Assembly (NCBI GenBank): GCA_043228905.1
Contig: JBHGNT010000017.1
Coordinates: 11,966,001-12,030,000 of the forward strand
Length of the DNA stretch: 64,000 nucleotides
Direction of reading: 5' to 3'
Origin: Azolla caroliniana
Lineage: Eukaryota > Plantae > Polypodiophyta
The notes beneath the pieces are model-generated. The model did not search any database, had not been told where the DNA came from, and was given only the letters and a program-made list of their open reading frames with translations. Below, piece by piece: positions 59,956-64,000 of this stretch (its first letter is position 1; every line of letters starts with the position of its first letter). Both the position numbers and the translations under genes were made by a program.

Positions 59956-60904
59956 GTATGTGCATTTTTTTACGCAGATCGATTTATTTATTAGGTTTAG
60001 GCGAATGCATCCAAATATCAAAGCCACACTTTGTGAGACGCTTGAAGGATCGATACACATGTTGTTGCATTTACCATGTACAAATGGGTTTTCTCAAAGA
60101 TTCTGTTAATCTACTACGTCACCATAGTGCCTGCCTAACTAATGCAGTTTGCACTTGTGAGTGCCTAATTTGTCAATCGAGCCCACAAGAGCACTATAAA
60201 TCATCTGAGCATGTTATCTCTTTCATGAGTTGTCTTCTAGGTTTAGTTTTGTGTCCGAGAGAAACTGAGGCTATCTTCCACATTCATAAATGTGTCATGG
60301 GTTTATGTTAAGATTGTGGTCCTAGTAGATTTAGGTGGTGTCCAAATGAATTGAGTAGTGAAATATTAATCTCTGTCAAGTTATTTGAGTCAGTTGACAC
60401 CAATTTCGAAGGAAAGGTGTGTAAAAGAAAAGATCTAGTTAGGAGGTCGCTTAAACCAAGGGATTTGGCGTCTCTATTTGTAGTATGTCTAGGAAAGTTC
60501 ATTAAACACAACATCATTTATTCATGGCAAGCCCATGAGTTTAAGACTTGCATATCTGATTTTCCAAATGATGTAGTAGTCTCAGTAGTAGATTTCGCAG
60601 AGAATTTTACTTTCAAGCAGCAGAATGAAATTCAATCTATGCATTGGTGTTCAGCGTAAGTAACCATTTTTGTGCACGTACCATATTTTCGAGTTTCAGG
60701 TGATGTTAAAAAAGTAATTCATTTTTTTATTTCTGATGATATGTTCGTCCAACATGGTTTTAACTTACATGGGCAATGGTTATTAGCTAAACATTTGGAG
60801 CTTACTCAACATTGGGTTTGGTCTAACGGAGTTGCGTCACAATTCAAGGCTAGACATCCATTTTATTTTGTGGGGAGGTATCCTGCTATAACAGGTTTAG
60901 AGAT

Positions 60905-63900
60905 TGTTGAGTGACAAGCTCAACATTGGGTGAGTAATACGGTGCATAACCCAGTGTGTAGACTAGGTGCGTAAAACAGTACGCATAAGGTGGCCGTAGC
61001 GGTACGTAAACCGCGAGGCCGTTGGAAAGATATTCCACATAGGAATATATTTTGAAGTTAGTGTAGAGCTCATTGATGAGCAGTCAAGTACTGTCAGTAC
61101 TTGTGTCAGCCCGATTGTTAGGGCTTGTATAGAAGGTGCTCACTAAGCACGAAGTATGTATAGAATAGAGTGTCATTTTTTGAATCTAAGTTTTCTATTG
61201 TCTACTCTCTTTTCTCTCTGTCTCTCCATCTCCATCTCCATCTCTGCGTTTTCTGTGTTTTACCGAACTGTCTTACTCCTCCGGACTGTCTACTCTGCGT
61301 TTACGCACACGCTTCCGCATAACGTATTCTTTTACAGGGTATACGAGCGCGAGGGTTGAAGTCCTCTGTAGCCAACAAGAAAAGCTTGCAACAAAATAGA
61401 GTTGAAGTTGTTCTTCATTTTTTGAAAAAGGAAAAGACATTAATATGGATAGAGCTATGGGAAGCTCACTTCCGACTGAAAAGCTTGACAGGAGCAACTA
61501 CACATCTTGGTCGTACAAGATGCACTAGTACTTGCTCAGCCATGGCTACTGGAGTTATGTCGAAGGAGCAAACGATGTGGCACCCAACTCGACGCACAGG
61601 GACTATCCGGCTTGGGAACAACTGGCAAGCAGAGTGTTGTACTGCTTTGCGTCCTGTGTGAGCGATCAGCTTTTGAGTTATATTCGGGATGCGTGGGCGA
61701 ATCTCAAAAGGATTTTCACCGCCAGCACAACGGCCAGAAAACTGCAGCTTAGACAGGAGCTCGGCAATGTGCGACAAAGAGATATGTCAGTGGCTGATTA
61801 CACCACCAAGGTCAAAGAAATTTGCGACTCTCTCGCCTCCGTCAACGTGAACGTCGAGGAAGATGAAATGGTGCAGGTTTGTCCTGGTGGCTTGGCATCA
61901 AAGTTCGAACCGTTCCGAACGGCAGTCTGCATGAGGGAGATTACGCCTTCGTTCTTCGAGCTTCAATCTATGTTGCTCGTAGAAGAATACCACGCGCGTG
62001 CGTCGACGAGTGTGCACGCCGATGGCAAGATGCTCTACATGGAGGATGATAGGCTCCGTGGTCGTGGTGGACGAGGCGGATCGGCGTGCAATGGAGGTGG
62101 CTGAAAAGAGCAGAATGTGCAGCATAATCGAGATGCCAGAAGCAATTCCGAACCCTCCACAAGTAGGGGGAGTTATGGTGGTGCCGGAAGACGGCAAGAG
62201 AAGACCGTGCCGGATTGCTGGTATTGTGGCAAGAAAGGCCACAAGGAGAGCAAGTGCTGGAAAAAGCGAGCCGATTCGGACAAAGCCGGATCGAGCTGAA
62301 GAGACGCGGAGAGGCGTTAGAGATCGCATTACGCAGAAGGCTCTGAACGAGCCGGAAACAAATTGGGCCCTGCCTTCGTAATGAAGCATAAGGCCAATTC
62401 TATGGCCGTGAACACCTCGAAATCAAGCGAGGTGTGGTATGTTGATTCCGGAGCGTCAAATCATATGACGAGTCACGAGGAATGGTTCTCGTACTTGGAG
62501 AAACCGGAATCACAAGCAGTGGTCGAAACGGGAGACGACACTCCGCATACCATCGAACATGTCGGGGAAGTTCCTCTCAGCCACGTCAGGCAGAAAGGGA
62601 AACTCATGAACGTGTTGCACGTCTCGACAATAACGAAGAACCTAGTGTTGGTCGGTTAGATCGTCGACCAGGGAATGTAGGTTCGATTCACGCATCTCGG
62701 CTGCTTCAAAGAAGAGGAAGGCAAAGTAATCGCGCAAGGGCGCCGTGAAGGGAGGATGTTTATGCTCGACACTAATCAAGCCGGAACCGCGTTGTACGCG
62801 AATCGGATATCGACCTATGGCACAAGCGGTTCGGCCACGTAAATTTCCCACGGCTTCGTGAAATGCAGACGAAGAACATTGTTTTCAGGTTGCCGAAATT
62901 TCGTGGGTAGAATGGCCAAGTCTGCCAAGCTTGTCAAATGGGAAATATTAGAGACATGTACTAAAGTAAGCATTAGATAAGGATAGATCGAGGTAGATAG
63001 AAAGAAAGGAGAGAGAGAAAGAAGGGTGCCGATCCACCCGACCACCCCCGAGCAAAGGGATCGAGACGAACTCAAGCCTCGATCGGCGTCCCATACCACC
63101 ACCGTGGTGTCAAGTCGTACCTGGTGCTGGCGCACTCGCTACAAGAGTTGACCCACCACAAGACAGAGTCTCGACGTAGTTAATAAGATAATGAAATGAG
63201 GGTAGTTAGGCCTCTATTTATAGCGATACCCAGGGCCCCCAGCCATGTTCACACTTGGCCTAATGGGTTGTCTCAATCCCGAGGATTTAAAAGTAATCCT
63301 CCCTTTCTTTACACTCTCATTTAACCCTCACACTTATCCATGTGTATAGAATACTACGGTAAATTCTCACCACGGGATATTATATGGTCATGCCCATAAC
63401 AGGAAAATAACACTGACTTCCATTCCCCAATGAGCGTAATCATAGTCGCAGTCCGCTGAATTTGATCCATTCGGATGTGTGGGGTTCGGCACAGAACGTT
63501 ACTTTGTAACCTTCATCGATGACTTCACTCGGCACACGTGGGCATACATGATTGAGAAGAAGAGCGAAGTCTTCGCATGTTTCCTGAAGGTGAAGAGCCT
63601 TGCGGAAAGGGAAACGGGGCGTAAGATCAAATGCCTACGGTCCAATGGCAGGAAGGAGTACTTCTTCGACCAATTCACAAGTTATCTACAGAAGGAGGGA
63701 ATTCGATGCGAATTCTCGTGTAGATAATCACTGAGCATGAAGTATGTACAGAACAAAGTGTCATTTTTTGAATCTAAGTTTTCTGTTGTCTACTCTCTTT
63801 TCTCTGTCTCTCCATCTCCATCTCCATCTCTGCGTTTTCTATGTTTTACTGAATTGTCTTACTCCTTCGAATTGTGTACTCTGCGTTTACGCACACGCTT

Positions 63901-63922
63901 CCGCACAACATATTCTTTTAAA
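60905..63922 (+). mobile_element. Ty1/Copia element H; internally deleted (INT core to mid 3' LTR lost)
   Basis: 5' LTR 60905-61336; gag 61445-62300; WYVDSGAS; INT fragment 63479..63727; 3' LTR remnant ~63728-63922; TSD GAGAT (60900-60904/63923-63927). Confidence 0.9.
62946..63401 (-). mobile_element. Solo LTR (456 bp) in the H integrase zinc finger
   Basis: TA(TG)..CA termini; TSD GGAAA (62941-62945/63402-63406); CQMGK|*H*LPFPNER rejoins; minus-strand TATA ctataaatagagg. Confidence 0.85.
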
Positions 63923-64000
63923 GAGATGAGATGGAATTTGTTTTGGGTCTGGCCATGGTAAAGGTGAACATGATGGTGTAGGTGCTGTTATAAAGCGGGC

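Larger units (their letters stand above)
55973..64000 (+). mobile_element. Sola2-like DDD DNA transposon; left end tentative; continues beyond the window
   Basis: LTR N homology stops abruptly at gggtgaaag (55973); subterminal repeats, a minisatellite and a transposase pseudogene follow. Confidence 0.6.
57603..64000 (+). pseudogene. Sola2-type transposase pseudogene: exon 1 to 58392, intron 58393-59977, exon 2 59978-60904, resumes at 63928
   Basis: KPHFVR..TCCCIYHV, VVDFAENFTFKQQNEIQSMHW, WVWSNGVASQFK, and after the H insertion MRWN/FGSGHGKGEHDGVGAVIKR; GT..AG joins HLLDVPQ|IDLFIRF in phase. Confidence 0.8.

Overview
Gene-free, heavily nested transposon block from a plant genome, most likely a non-seed plant (moss, fern or lycophyte-like), judging from Tcn1-like chromoviruses and a Sola2-like transposase. 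LTR pairs and target-site duplications (TSDs) resolve the nesting. (1) A chromovirus remnant contains Copia A (1469-12324), which contains Copia B (4737-10060). (2) An old Copia J (31332-46169) holds non-chromoviral Gypsy F (34910-44703). Its 3' LTR is interrupted by Gypsy C (to 31331), which holds Gypsy D (17114-25188) and Gypsy E (25462-30737); E contains a solo LTR. (3) An old Gypsy gag holds chromovirus L (47314-49652). (4) A Copia LTR holds Copia M (50067-55606) and a Sola2-like DNA transposon (~55973 to window end), which holds Copia H (60905-63922) and, inside H, a solo LTR. Main finding: all four non-chromoviral Gypsy elements (C, D, E, F) lack a polypurine tract (PPT). In its place, 2 nt before the 3' LTR, they carry a copy of a tRNA-Arg 3' end (GTCCCACRRGCRTGCCA), preceded in D, E and F by a T-arm-like motif. 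D and F also have a normal tRNA-Arg primer-binding site (PBS) at the 5' LTR. This suggests plus-strand priming by a tRNA or tRNA mimic. The same family carries a large extra coiled-coil ORF with its own promoter-like motif. Other observations: antisense tRNA-like Pol III boxes in three LTR families, recurrent deletion-plus-inversion rearrangements, and a palindromic satellite filling a transposase intron.
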